A DNA stretch of 64,000 bases from Escherichia phage vB_EcoM_Maryam, in the sequence record PQ799574.1; one strand, written 5' to 3'. The notes beneath the pieces are model-generated. The model saw nothing but the letters and a program-made list of their open reading frames with translations, ran no database searches and was not told the DNA's origin. The translations under genes and the position numbers were made by a program. Of this stretch, positions 19,178 to 28,630 are shown one piece after another (the stretch's first letter is position 1; each line of letters starts with the position of its first letter).

Positions 19178-19380
19178 GCCAAACTAGTATTCTTAAAAAT
19201 GCCCACTGTGAAAAGTGTAAGTGGCCGGTTGTTTTTGCTTTATGCAACGATGAAATGGCTTGTGATTTCGATTATTGGTGCTATTGTTCTAATAAAGGAT
19301 GCATCAATCATAAAGGTGAAGGATTTTATTCAGGATTTTATCCTTATCCTGATTTCGTTAAAGAAGGTAAACCGAAATGA
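19174..19380 (+). CDS. Cys-rich putative zinc-binding protein
   Basis: 68 aa; CEKC...CNDEMAC...CYCSNKGC. Confidence 0.45.
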   Translation: MSQTSILKNAHCEKCKWPVVFALCNDEMACDFDYWCYCSNKGCINHKGEGFYSGFYPYPDFVKEGKPK

Positions 19381-19546
19381 ATAGTTTTGAGTTACAATAT
19401 GAAGTGTTACGTGAACTTGATAATTTAATTGAACTCGCTGTTAATAAAGGTTTTGCCATTGGAATTGGTCAAAAAGATACTGATCATTTAACTGTGGAAA
19501 TATTTAAGCAAAAGCGAATTATTTTAAAACTTCTGGAAATTAATAT

Positions 19547-19732
19547 ATGAGCCTAAGCAAAGAACAAAAAGACAAACTCTTTTCTCTTATCCACGAAGTT
19601 ATGGATAAAAATAGTGAATTGGAAAAAGTTTGTAATGAATGCGGTCCTTTTAGTGCAAACGAGTACGAAGAACTTTCTAAAGAATTCGATAATAAAGAAC
19701 AAGAACTCATTAATTATATAAATTCCTTATGA
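19547..19732 (+). CDS. small acidic protein (paralog family)
   Basis: 61 aa; N-terminal xxEQK pattern shared by neighbours. Confidence 0.45.
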   Translation: MSLSKEQKDKLFSLIHEVMDKNSELEKVCNECGPFSANEYEELSKEFDNKEQELINYINSL

Positions 19733-19917
19733 TTACTCGCGAACAAAAGAACGAAATATTATTTTTAGTTAGTGAAATTGTTAGTTTAGAAAAGGATTTG
19801 TCTTTTGAAATATCTTCTGAATATGGAGATGCCGAAACATATTACGAATTAGTAAAATCTATCGATAAAGCTGAAAATGATTTAGAAACATATTTAGAAA
19901 ATTTAACTAAGGACTAA
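19729..19917 (+). CDS. small acidic protein (paralog family)
   Basis: 62 aa; MITREQKNEILFLV. Confidence 0.45.
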   Translation: MITREQKNEILFLVSEIVSLEKDLSFEISSEYGDAETYYELVKSIDKAENDLETYLENLTKD

Positions 19918-19918
19918 G

Positions 19919-20500
19919 ATGGCGAGTTTAATTTTTACTTATGCAGCAATGAATGCTGGAAAATCTGCTTCTCTTTTGACTGCTGCACATAATTATAAAG
20001 AACGCGGAATGGGCGTATTAGTTCTTAAGCCTGCTATTGATACTCGCGATTCTGTCTGTGAAGTCGTTTCTCGCATTGGAATTAAACAGGAAGCGAATAT
20101 TATCACAGATGATATGGATATTTTCGAGTTCTATAAATGGGCTGAAGCACAAAAAGATATTCATTGCGTATTTGTAGATGAAGCCCAATTTTTAAAAACT
20201 GAACAGGTGCATCAATTAAGTCGAATTGTTGATACATATAATGTTCCTGTTATGGCTTATGGATTAAGGACTGATTTCGCTGGAAAATTATTTGAAGGTT
20301 CTAAAGAACTTTTGGCGATTGCAGATAAACTTATTGAACTAAAGGCAGTTTGTCACTGTGGTAAAAAAGCGATTATGACAGCTCGATTAATGGAAGATGG
20401 AACACCAGTTAAAGAAGGTAATCAAATCTGTATTGGTGATGAAATTTATGTTTCTTTGTGTAGAAAACATTGGAATGAATTAACTAAAAAGCTCGGTTAG
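19919..20500 (+). CDS. tk: thymidine kinase
   Basis: 193 aa; P-loop AAMNAGKSASLL; C-terminal Cys zinc site. Confidence 0.95.
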   Translation: MASLIFTYAAMNAGKSASLLTAAHNYKERGMGVLVLKPAIDTRDSVCEVVSRIGIKQEANIITDDMDIFEFYKWAEAQKDIHCVFVDEAQFLKTEQVHQLSRIVDTYNVPVMAYGLRTDFAGKLFEGSKELLAIADKLIELKAVCHCGKKAIMTARLMEDGTPVKEGNQICIGDEIYVSLCRKHWNELTKKLG

Positions 20501-20509
20501 TGCAAAAGT

Positions 20510-20517
20510 TATAAATA
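20510..20517 (+). promoter_or_regulatory. late promoter-like TATAAATA
   Basis: exact TATAAATA about 25 nt upstream of the 20543 ORF. Confidence 0.45.
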
Positions 20518-20542
20518 GGTTTATCTAACTAAAGGGGTATAT

Positions 20543-20755
20543 ATGCTACAATTAACTGAAAAGCAACTTCGCAATCTTACTGTTCTTCAATTAGATGAAA
20601 TTCGTAGGGAAGTTGGAAATATCATTTCAGCTTTGCGTCGAGAAGTATCACTCAACCAATCTCCGGCAGACTATACTAGATTGCGAAATTTTGAAAAATA
20701 CCTTGATAAAGTTAAGGCCGTGCATCGGCATAAAGTAAATACAGGACAAAAATGA
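20543..20755 (+). CDS. hypothetical protein
   Basis: 70 aa. Confidence 0.45.
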
Positions 20756-20767
20756 TAGGAGGCCTTT

Positions 20768-21061
20768 ATGGCCTTAAAAGCAACGGCACTTTTTGCCATG
20801 CTAGGATTGTCATTTGTTTTATCTCCATCGATTGAAGCGAATGTCGATCCTCATTTTGATAAATTTATGGAATCTGGTATTAGGCACGTTTATATGCTTT
20901 TTGAAAATAAAAGCGTAGAATCGTCTGAACAATTCTATAGTTTTATGAGAACGACCTATAAAAATGACCCGTGCTCTTCTGATTTTGAATGTATAGAGCG
21001 AGGCGCGGAGATGGCACAATCATACGCTAGAATTATGAACATTAAATTGGAGACTGAATGA
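20768..21061 (+). CDS. secreted protein
   Basis: 97 aa; signal peptide MALKATALFAMLGLSFVLSPSIEA. Confidence 0.5.
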   Translation: MALKATALFAMLGLSFVLSPSIEANVDPHFDKFMESGIRHVYMLFENKSVESSEQFYSFMRTTYKNDPCSSDFECIERGAEMAQSYARIMNIKLETE

Positions 21062-21444
21062 AATTCAGCGACTTTTCACAAAGTGGAAAACCTTCAAAGG
21101 CAGATGAATACTTAGGTTTATTAATGGCTGCACAAGCTTATTTTCATTCTGCACATTTTGAAACTAAAAGTTATGCTAGACACAAAGCATACGATTTTAT
21201 TTTCTCCGAGTTGCCAGATTTGATTGATAAATTTGGTGAGCAATATTTGGGGTATTCTGGTAGAAAATACACACCTTCAATTCCAGATGCCAGTAAACTT
21301 CCTACCGACACAATTAAAATGATTGATCGCATACTAGACCAATCTAACAGCATTTATAAAGAAATGCCTCCAGCCATCCAAAGCACGATAGATGATATTA
21401 CTGGAATGTTTTACCAGAGTAAGTATCTTCTTTCCCTCGAATAA
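21058..21444 (+). CDS. hypothetical protein
   Basis: 128 aa. Confidence 0.5.
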   Translation: MKFSDFSQSGKPSKADEYLGLLMAAQAYFHSAHFETKSYARHKAYDFIFSELPDLIDKFGEQYLGYSGRKYTPSIPDASKLPTDTIKMIDRILDQSNSIYKEMPPAIQSTIDDITGMFYQSKYLLSLE

Positions 21445-21448
21445 CATT

Positions 21449-21472
21449 AGTCTCCTTCGGGAGACTTTTTTC
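21449..21472 (+). terminator. rho-independent terminator (agtctcc-ttcg-ggagact + T run)
   Basis: 7-bp stem, UUCG loop, tttttt. Confidence 0.7.
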
Positions 21473-21481
21473 ATTTTACCG

Positions 21482-21513
21482 GTTTACTTTCCGTTTGAGC
21501 TGTGGTACTATAC
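21482..21513 (+). promoter_or_regulatory. T4-type early promoter (GTTTAC ... TGTGGTACTATAC)
   Basis: member of repeated promoter cassette family. Confidence 0.7.
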
Positions 21514-21539
21514 AACTATCGGATAAAGAGGAGAACATC

Positions 21540-21728
21540 ATGAAAATTGAAGCACTCAATCAAGAAGGAAATATCTACGTCATCATTAATGGTGATTTTT
21601 TCGTCAACATGGATGAAGTTACTAGTGAAGAACTTGTTGAAGTTTTGAAGAAACGTTATAATATGTGTGATGAAGCTGCAACGCATATGGCGTGTGCAAT
21701 ATTCTCTCTGTCATATGTGGTGGAATAA
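21540..21728 (+). CDS. hypothetical protein
   Basis: 62 aa from ATG 21540. Confidence 0.45.
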   Translation: MKIEALNQEGNIYVIINGDFFVNMDEVTSEELVEVLKKRYNMCDEAATHMACAIFSLSYVVE

Positions 21729-21931
21729 TGATTAGTATAGAGCAAGCAGATAAAATCAAGGAATTAGTGGCTTCAATTCGTAAAGCAGATGAAGAGCTGA
21801 TTGACTTTGCTTGGTATTCATCGGGTATTTCGAATAAAGGCATTAAAGACTTTGAAACTAAAGTTGATAATGCTTTAGAAGCGTTAGATATGTTTCTTGA
21901 TGAAATTATCGATCATAATACGAGAGTTTAA
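21728..21931 (+). CDS. small acidic protein (paralog family)
   Basis: 67 aa; [13 protein letters not shown]. Confidence 0.45.
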   Translation: MISIEQADKIKELVASIRKADEELIDFAWYSSGISNKGIKDFETKVDNALEALDMFLDEIIDHNTRV

Positions 21932-21933
21932 TT

Positions 21934-22128
21934 ATGCTAACACGCGAACAGTTTGAAAAAATCATTAAATTAGCACGTGATATTGAAATAGATTCATATC
22001 AATTAGCAGTTGAGCATTGTGAAGGATATTCATACGACGGTATAGAAGCAGCTAAAAAGGATTTGGATAAATCTAAAGCTAAGTTAGTTCAATATCTTGA
22101 AATGATTAGGTGGAATAATGAAAACTGA
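21934..22128 (+). CDS. small acidic protein (paralog family)
   Basis: 64 aa; MLTREQFEKIIKL. Confidence 0.45.
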   Translation: MLTREQFEKIIKLARDIEIDSYQLAVEHCEGYSYDGIEAAKKDLDKSKAKLVQYLEMIRWNNEN

Positions 22129-22291
22129 AAAGCAGATGTTTTTAATGAAGCTAATTGAAGAATATGCTAATGCAGTTTCTGACTATGAGTATTCTGCTCG
22201 GGAAAGAGGTACAGCTTTCGCAAAGGAAGAAATGAAAATCATGGTTGATGCTCACACAAAGCTTCAGAATTTTATTGAAAACAACATTTAA
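22118..22291 (+). CDS. small acidic protein (paralog family)
   Basis: 57 aa; MKTEKQMFLMKLIEE; below the ORF-track size cutoff. Confidence 0.4.
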   Translation: MKTEKQMFLMKLIEEYANAVSDYEYSARERGTAFAKEEMKIMVDAHTKLQNFIENNI

Positions 22292-22293
22292 CG

Positions 22294-22327
22294 GTTTACA
22301 AGTTGGCAAGGTTATGGTATAGTAATC
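22294..22327 (+). promoter_or_regulatory. T4-type early promoter (GTTTAC ... TATGGTATAGTAAT)
   Basis: hexamers and spacing. Confidence 0.6.
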
Positions 22328-22455
22328 TTGTCAACTGTCAAGGAGAAGAGAATGAAAGTTTTGTTTGTTATATATGTGATGATTCAATATAATTACCCAA
22401 TGTTTACTTATAATCTGGTGAACAACATTATTGATATGATTCAGAGGAGTATGTA

Positions 22456-22641
22456 ATGACAAGTGAGCAGGCTTTTAAATTAAGAGAATTAATTGAGACG
22501 TATAGTAAAGCTGTTCATACATCAACAATTATTGATGAATCAGCTTTCTCCGGACATGCCAGCAAGATTAAATACAAAACTCTTATGGAAGAAGCTAAAG
22601 TAAATCTTGATTCTTATATTGAAACTTTAATTGGTAAATAA
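22456..22641 (+). CDS. small acidic protein (paralog family)
   Basis: 61 aa; MTSEQAFKLRELIE. Confidence 0.45.
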   Translation: MTSEQAFKLRELIETYSKAVHTSTIIDESAFSGHASKIKYKTLMEEAKVNLDSYIETLIGK

Positions 22642-22642
22642 T

Positions 22643-23185
22643 ATGAAAGCTGTAATTGAAACAACTGATTTGTTCGGTGACCTGGTTATCGAAAAACGTG
22701 ATAATGTATACGTTCTGACGCAGGAAGACGATAGTATTACTATTCTTCCTATGGAATTGCCTGCGATTTTATCTTATGCTCCCTCAGGAGTTACCTGTGT
22801 AACTAATATTACAGACGACCTCCAAGTTCGTTTTTATCGTGGCACTCACGGCGGTAATATTGAAACTGAACTTGCGTGTCTTTCTATCAACAATTGGGCA
22901 ACATTCGTTGCCAAGGTGAAAGAATTCTTGGAATCTGAAACAGTCGAAACACCCGAAAAGGCTAAACTTCAATGGGCTAAAGATCGCGGTGCTAGCATTA
23001 TTAATCCAGTAGCTGCAAATTATACTACGACTTTGGATGTCAAGACTTCTTATGAAGATGGCGATGTCGTACTTGTTCGCCAAATTGATGATTCTCGAGC
23101 ACATATTGTCACATTTACCAAAGACGAAGCTATTGCGCTAAAGACTTATCTTGATTCTGTTATTCCAACTATGATTTCAAAGTGA
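22643..23185 (+). CDS. hypothetical protein (paralog of next ORF)
   Basis: 180 aa from ATG 22643; C-terminal EAIALKTYLDSVIPTM. Confidence 0.5.
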   Translation: MKAVIETTDLFGDLVIEKRDNVYVLTQEDDSITILPMELPAILSYAPSGVTCVTNITDDLQVRFYRGTHGGNIETELACLSINNWATFVAKVKEFLESETVETPEKAKLQWAKDRGASIINPVAANYTTTLDVKTSYEDGDVVLVRQIDDSRAHIVTFTKDEAIALKTYLDSVIPTMISK

Positions 23186-23191
23186 GGAAAT

Positions 23192-23713
23192 ATGTTTATT
23201 TCAAGTGGAAGCGGTTTAATTCGTGTTGAATTTAAAAATGACATCTTCCTTATTCAAGGAGATGATATTATTAAAATGAGTTATGACGAAATCAAGAAAA
23301 TTTGTCATACTCTTGAAAGCCGTGGAAAAGTAAATGCTGTTATTGACATTGGTGATTTATGGGTAACGCTTTATGAAGTATCCGAAGGATTTAACATTGA
23401 AGATGAAAATAACATCTTAGCTATTGATAAAAGAACTGATTTGCTTGATGTATTAAAAGCCTATGAACAATCAAACGGTGGAAGAAAAGCTGTATTGATT
23501 TATCAAAAACCGCATTCATGTGGAACTGCTTCAATCATTTCAAATATTGAAGGCGAAGTTGATACTTATATGTGTGTTTTAAAAGCTGGTGGTGACCGTC
23601 ATCCAGATTTTGTTTCTATTCGCCAAAACGGTGAAGAAATTTCACTATCAAAATCAGAAGCTGAAGCTATGATTAAGTATTTAACAACTGTTACGCCTTC
23701 AATGAAAGGATAG
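23192..23713 (+). CDS. hypothetical protein (paralog of previous ORF)
   Basis: 173 aa; C-terminal EAEAMIKYLTTVTPSM. Confidence 0.5.
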   Translation: MFISSGSGLIRVEFKNDIFLIQGDDIIKMSYDEIKKICHTLESRGKVNAVIDIGDLWVTLYEVSEGFNIEDENNILAIDKRTDLLDVLKAYEQSNGGRKAVLIYQKPHSCGTASIISNIEGEVDTYMCVLKAGGDRHPDFVSIRQNGEEISLSKSEAEAMIKYLTTVTPSMKG

Positions 23714-23715
23714 TT

Positions 23716-24177
23716 ATGATTATTAATGAAAACTCTTGGCACTATAAATTATTCAAATTGTTTAACGACGAATGGCAACGACCTAAGACGCTATGTGCAT
23801 ACTTTTGGTCTATTGTTATCCCTACATTTTTCGTTTCTATTTTTGGGTGTGCTATACTCGTAGGGCTGACAATTATTTGTGCAGAAAGCCTACAACGATG
23901 GCTTATTTTCGGTAGTTTATGGACTTTGCTTCCATCAGCATTTATACTTGCGCTTTTGGTTGTTTTACTTATTATTGGTTCATTTGTTATTCCTGTACAT
24001 TTGCGTGAAAAATATAAAGATTATAAATGGAAAAAGGATTATGCTTTACACGTAGAAAACATTGATAGGAAAAATAAAGGTTTACCTCCTATTCAACCCA
24101 AGAAATCGATTATCGTTGAATTTTTAAAAGCTCGTAAAGCTAAAGTATGTCCTGTTATTGAATATAAGGCTGAATGA
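23716..24177 (+). CDS. membrane protein
   Basis: 153 aa; 2-3 TM helices. Confidence 0.5.
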   Translation: MIINENSWHYKLFKLFNDEWQRPKTLCAYFWSIVIPTFFVSIFGCAILVGLTIICAESLQRWLIFGSLWTLLPSAFILALLVVLLIIGSFVIPVHLREKYKDYKWKKDYALHVENIDRKNKGLPPIQPKKSIIVEFLKARKAKVCPVIEYKAE

Positions 24178-25187
24178 TGAAAACAGTAATGAAAAGCTAT
24201 TTTGGTAGTCATCTTTATGGAACTTCTACTCCAGAATCTGATGTAGATTTTAAAGAAATCTTTGTTCCTCCTGCTCGCGATATTCTTATCGGAAATGTTA
24301 AAGAGCATATGAGTAAAAATACTAACAATACATCATCTAAAAACACTAAAGATGATATTGACCATGAACTATACAGTCTTAAATATTTCTTTAAATTAGC
24401 AGCAGATGGTGAAACCGTAGCATTGGATATGCTTCACACTCCACCTGAGCTAGTAGTTAAATCAGATTTGCCTGATGTGTGGAAGTTTATTCAAGACAAC
24501 CGTTCTCGTTTTTATACGACTAACATGAAATCCTATTTAGGATATGTCCGCAAGCAAGCTTCTAAATACGGTGTCAAGGGTTCTCGTTTGGCTGCATTAC
24601 GTGATGTATTGAAAGTAGTTAATCAAATTCCTGATCAACGGAATGTCTACCGAGAAGATGGAACACAAGGACAACGTCGCACTAAAATTGAAGATATTAA
24701 GCATCGTCTTCCAGAAAACGAATTCTGTGAATGGGTGTTCCATAATCATGAGAAAACAGGCCCACAGACGTTTTACACAGTGTTGGGTCGTAAATATCAG
24801 ACAACGCTTTCTCTTATTGAGCTTAAGCAGTCACTGAACAAATTAGATGCTGAATATGGTGAACGCGCTCGAAAGGCCGAAGCCAATGAAGGCATTGACT
24901 GGAAAGCTCTGAGCCATGCTTGTCGTGGTGGACTTCAACTATTGGAAATTTACAAAACTGGTGACTTGGTTTATCCACTTCAAGACGCTCCATTTATTCT
25001 CGACGTGAAGTTGGGTAAACATCCATTTAAAACGGTTCAAGAGTTTTTGGAAGATGTGGTCGATCAAGTAGAAGCAGCATCTACTGAAGCTTCTAAGAAT
25101 GGTATGCCTAAAACAGTAGATATGAGCTTTTGGAATAATTTCCTCGAACAGGTTTATCTTGAAAACCACCGAAGTTATTATAAATGA
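24174..25187 (+). CDS. nucleotidyltransferase-fold protein (Pol beta superfamily motif)
   Basis: 337 aa; N-terminal GSHLYGTSTPESDVD fits the G[SG]-x(9-13)-DxD minimal nucleotidyltransferase motif. Confidence 0.55.
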   Translation: MMKTVMKSYFGSHLYGTSTPESDVDFKEIFVPPARDILIGNVKEHMSKNTNNTSSKNTKDDIDHELYSLKYFFKLAADGETVALDMLHTPPELVVKSDLPDVWKFIQDNRSRFYTTNMKSYLGYVRKQASKYGVKGSRLAALRDVLKVVNQIPDQRNVYREDGTQGQRRTKIEDIKHRLPENEFCEWVFHNHEKTGPQTFYTVLGRKYQTTLSLIELKQSLNKLDAEYGERARKAEANEGIDWKALSHACRGGLQLLEIYKTGDLVYPLQDAPFILDVKLGKHPFKTVQEFLEDVVDQVEAASTEASKNGMPKTVDMSFWNNFLEQVYLENHRSYYK

Positions 25188-25189
25188 TA

Positions 25190-25216
25190 GGGAGCCTTCG
25201 GGCTCCCTTTTTTTAT
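25190..25216 (+). terminator. rho-independent terminator (gggagcc-ttcg-ggctccc + T7)
   Basis: perfect 7-bp stem, UUCG loop, ttttttt. Confidence 0.75.
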
Positions 25217-25238
25217 TTCAAAAATTTTTCACAAAACG

Positions 25239-25270
25239 GTTTACAAGCATAAAGCTTTATGGTACTATAC
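25239..25270 (+). promoter_or_regulatory. T4-type early promoter (GTTTAC ... TATGGTACTATAC)
   Basis: member of repeated promoter cassette family. Confidence 0.7.
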
Positions 25271-25302
25271 AACTATCAACTGATACTGATTTGGAGAATA
25301 AA

Positions 25303-26271
25303 ATGAAAACTGTAACTATCAATAAGGGTATCTACTTCGGTAAAGAAATCTCTGGAACTTTTGAGCTCTTAGGCGAATGGTTCCCAGATAATGCTCCGGT
25401 AGATGCGCAAGGAGATGGTAAAGTTTTTGTTGAAATTGACGGTAAACGTCGCGGTGTTTGGGTTTACAAATCAGACATTTCATATGATGGTGTAAAAGTT
25501 GAAGAAGTTAAAGAATCGTATGAAGATATGAAAACCCGCATTAATAAAAGATTTAATGTTATGGGAATGATGACGAATGGTATTATTAACGGAAACATTC
25601 GTTCATTAATTATCTCTGGTGCGGCAGGTATTGGTAAAACGTATTCTTTAGATAAAGCTTTAAATAAAGCAAATGATATTGGATACATTGAATATAAAAG
25701 CATTAACGGTAAAATCTCCGGTATCGGTCTTTATGAACAGCTTTGGAATAATCGTGAAGAGAATTCTGTCCTTTTGATTGATGATGTGGATGTTTTCTCT
25801 GATATGGACATTCTTAATCTTCTGAAAGCTGCTCTGGACACTGGAGAGACCCGTAAAGTCTGCTGGAGCACCGCATCTTCTTACTTAGAAGAAAAAGGCA
25901 TTGAGCGTGAGTTTGAATTTAAAGGAACGATTGTTTTTATCACAAACGTTGACATTGACCGCGAATTAGACCGTGGTACTAAACTTGCTCCACATTTACA
26001 AGCATTAGTGTCCCGCTCAGTTTATTTGGATTTGGGTGTTCACACTAATGAAGAAATTATGGTCAGGGTTGAAGATGTTATTCTTTCAACTGACATGATG
26101 CAAAAACGCGGTCTTTCTGATGAAGAAACTTATAAAGCATTATCATGGATGAAAGTCAATGTTAACCGTTTACGCAATGTTTCACTGCGTACTGCACTTT
26201 ATCTTGCTGACTTTATTATGACCGACAAAAACGGTTGGGAAGAAATCGCTGAGGTTACTCTTCTGAAATAA
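25303..26271 (+). CDS. AAA+ family ATPase
   Basis: 322 aa from ATG 25303; Walker A GAAGIGKT, Walker B VLLIDDVD. Confidence 0.6.
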   Translation: MKTVTINKGIYFGKEISGTFELLGEWFPDNAPVDAQGDGKVFVEIDGKRRGVWVYKSDISYDGVKVEEVKESYEDMKTRINKRFNVMGMMTNGIINGNIRSLIISGAAGIGKTYSLDKALNKANDIGYIEYKSINGKISGIGLYEQLWNNREENSVLLIDDVDVFSDMDILNLLKAALDTGETRKVCWSTASSYLEEKGIEREFEFKGTIVFITNVDIDRELDRGTKLAPHLQALVSRSVYLDLGVHTNEEIMVRVEDVILSTDMMQKRGLSDEETYKALSWMKVNVNRLRNVSLRTALYLADFIMTDKNGWEEIAEVTLLK

Positions 26272-26369
26272 TTCATAAGAGGCCTTCTAAGATAAAAAGG
26301 CAGTTCAGAAATAGATTATATGGACTGCCATCAAAAAGATGACTAGAATTAAACTGGTAAATGGAGGTA

Positions 26370-26675
26370 ATGATGTTATACTCAAAGGCTCGTGAAATTT
26401 ACGAAACTAAAATTAAAGAAGCTGTATTTCAATTCGCAACGACAATGCGATGGACAAATGACTGGGAGTATTCAAAAAATCATAAGAAGCCCATGGTGAC
26501 AAGAAAGGCTCATATGTTAGTGTTAATAGACCGTGAGCAGATTAAAGCCCGAGAAGCCCTCCATAATCATAAAAAGGCTGCCTTTGAATGGTTTATGGAT
26601 AACACTGCTCCTGAGACTAAGAAAGCGGTTAGCGCATGGTTTAGTGGAAAAAATTGTGAAAGAAGTTTCTTTTAG
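26370..26675 (+). CDS. hypothetical protein
   Basis: about 101 aa; ggagg RBS before ATG 26370 (alternatives 26361, 26373). Confidence 0.45.
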   Translation: MMLYSKAREIYETKIKEAVFQFATTMRWTNDWEYSKNHKKPMVTRKAHMLVLIDREQIKAREALHNHKKAAFEWFMDNTAPETKKAVSAWFSGKNCERSFF

Positions 26676-26677
26676 TG

Positions 26678-26709
26678 GTTTACAAGACTGTTCCTCTGTG
26701 GTACTATAC
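26678..26709 (+). promoter_or_regulatory. T4-type early promoter (GTTTAC ... TGTGGTACTATAC)
   Basis: inside the 3-prime end of the preceding ORF; member of repeated cassette family. Confidence 0.65.
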
Positions 26710-26735
26710 AACTATCAACTACGGAGGAACAGAAA

Positions 26736-27263
26736 ATGAACGCTAAAGATATTTTCAACTTGGTAAATTACAACGATGGTAAATTTAAATCTGAAGCACA
26801 AAGCAAGTTCTTTAATGACATCTCAATCGGAGGTGAAATCACAGTTGATGGAGGACAAATTTACAAATCCCGTTGGAATTGGATCGTTATTATTGATGAG
26901 ATTGGTATTGTAGAAATTTATAAGAATACGAATAAAAATCGTACATTACACTGGTCTCGTGATACTAACGAACAGTACAAAAAGGATAAAGCATCTAAAT
27001 TATCTCGCGTAACTCAAGAAGATATTGAGTTCATCAAGAAAGATATTTTGATGTATGATAACTTAATTGCTGAAGAGCAAGCTGTTATTGATAAATTTGA
27101 CGAGATTAAAGCTTCTCGTGAAATTCCTGATTTTATGAAAGAATCAGTAAATGAACGATACACTCTCATTTCAGAGCGTATTGAAACTTACAAAAAGCAA
27201 AGAGCTGAACGCCAAAATACTCTTCGGAAGTTTGAAGAACGGTTAAAGACGGTACTCGCATAA
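26736..27263 (+). CDS. hypothetical protein
   Basis: 175 aa; ggagg RBS. Confidence 0.5.
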   Translation: MNAKDIFNLVNYNDGKFKSEAQSKFFNDISIGGEITVDGGQIYKSRWNWIVIIDEIGIVEIYKNTNKNRTLHWSRDTNEQYKKDKASKLSRVTQEDIEFIKKDILMYDNLIAEEQAVIDKFDEIKASREIPDFMKESVNERYTLISERIETYKKQRAERQNTLRKFEERLKTVLA

Positions 27264-27318
27264 CCGCTTTATACCAAGGATGGTATAATGGTTCTAAGCC
27301 CTTTTAATTGAGATTATT

Positions 27319-27723
27319 ATGAAACAGTTGATAATTAAAAGATTGAATTTATTGATATGTTGTTTATGTGTAGTAGTTGCATATGGTTATTACGCAATTA
27401 ATGATTATATGCATTATAAAGATTATGATGTTACTGTAGTTAATACCCTTACAGGAACTCAAGGGAAGGGGTCTAGTTTATCGTTTATTGCTGTATATGA
27501 ACTAAATGACGGTTATAGATTTAGCGAATATATTTCACCGGAGATGTATTCTTCAATAGAAAAAGGTGATAATATTACTGTAAGTTTACGTCCTTTCGAC
27601 GTAAAACAGACACTGTTTGATAATATTGTTTGGTTCTTTGGAATGGTATTAGTTCAATCTGTATGCGGTGCTTATATAGTCTTTTCCATCATATTCTGTG
27701 TATTTAGTAAAATTGAAAATTGA
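27319..27723 (+). CDS. membrane protein
   Basis: 134 aa; N- and C-terminal TM helices. Confidence 0.5.
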   Translation: MKQLIIKRLNLLICCLCVVVAYGYYAINDYMHYKDYDVTVVNTLTGTQGKGSSLSFIAVYELNDGYRFSEYISPEMYSSIEKGDNITVSLRPFDVKQTLFDNIVWFFGMVLVQSVCGAYIVFSIIFCVFSKIEN

Positions 27724-28622
27724 GTGAGAAAAATATGTCAGTAGTAATTAATAATGTCAATGCAGTAATTAAATCTTTAGTTAATAAAAAATTAAATGAA
27801 TGGACTGTACTTCGTCGTGGAGAGCCAGATAAATTTTTTCATAGATTTAACCCAACTTTGGATTTGAATGTTATTGACAGAGATGTTCATGCTGAAATTT
27901 TAGATAAATTTAAAGTTGATATTGGGTTTGGATTAGATAAACATTTACAACGAACAAACGGGTCTGGAATGGGTTTATCTAATCGCATCATGAAAGCCCT
28001 TAATAAAATTGGAGCGTTGTCTCGTATTAATGCGAGTGAAATCCTTCGCAATTATAATAAAGGATATGACCTTTATGGTCGACTAATGCCGAAATTATCA
28101 TTCGATCAAATGATTGCGGATTTGTGGGAAAATCAACGACGATTATTAGCATTAGGCGCTCGATTAGCTAAAGGTTTAGATAAACAAATGATTTTTAAAA
28201 CTAATAATACAGAAGACCTTAAATGCTTTAAATTTAGCACTCGTGGAGATGATTATTACGTCAGAGCTCACTCTACAGATTATGTCAATATGGGGCATCA
28301 TCTCTGTTTAGCTTTTGAAGTTTTAAAGGAAGCTGGAACATTAGAATATGTGTCTGGTGCTAAATGCCCGATTGGTTCAAATTGTATTTTAATTTATCGC
28401 CCGGATGAATCCAGTTTAACTAAATTTCCTACAAAACCTGTACCAGTTCGTAGTAACGAAAAACATTCTGAACAAATTGATTATTTTAATAAGCAAATTG
28501 AAGAGCTGAATATTTCTATTCAACAATATGACGATGAAATTTTCAGACTATCTGGATTGAGTAGTAAAGCTAAATCTGAGCGTGAAAAATTAATTAAAAT
28601 TGTTGATTTACTTAAATCTTAA
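27720..28622 (+). CDS. hypothetical protein with C-terminal coiled coil
   Basis: 300 aa. Confidence 0.5.
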   Translation: MSEKNMSVVINNVNAVIKSLVNKKLNEWTVLRRGEPDKFFHRFNPTLDLNVIDRDVHAEILDKFKVDIGFGLDKHLQRTNGSGMGLSNRIMKALNKIGALSRINASEILRNYNKGYDLYGRLMPKLSFDQMIADLWENQRRLLALGARLAKGLDKQMIFKTNNTEDLKCFKFSTRGDDYYVRAHSTDYVNMGHHLCLAFEVLKEAGTLEYVSGAKCPIGSNCILIYRPDESSLTKFPTKPVPVRSNEKHSEQIDYFNKQIEELNISIQQYDDEIFRLSGLSSKAKSEREKLIKIVDLLKS

Positions 28623-28630
28623 GGAACACC

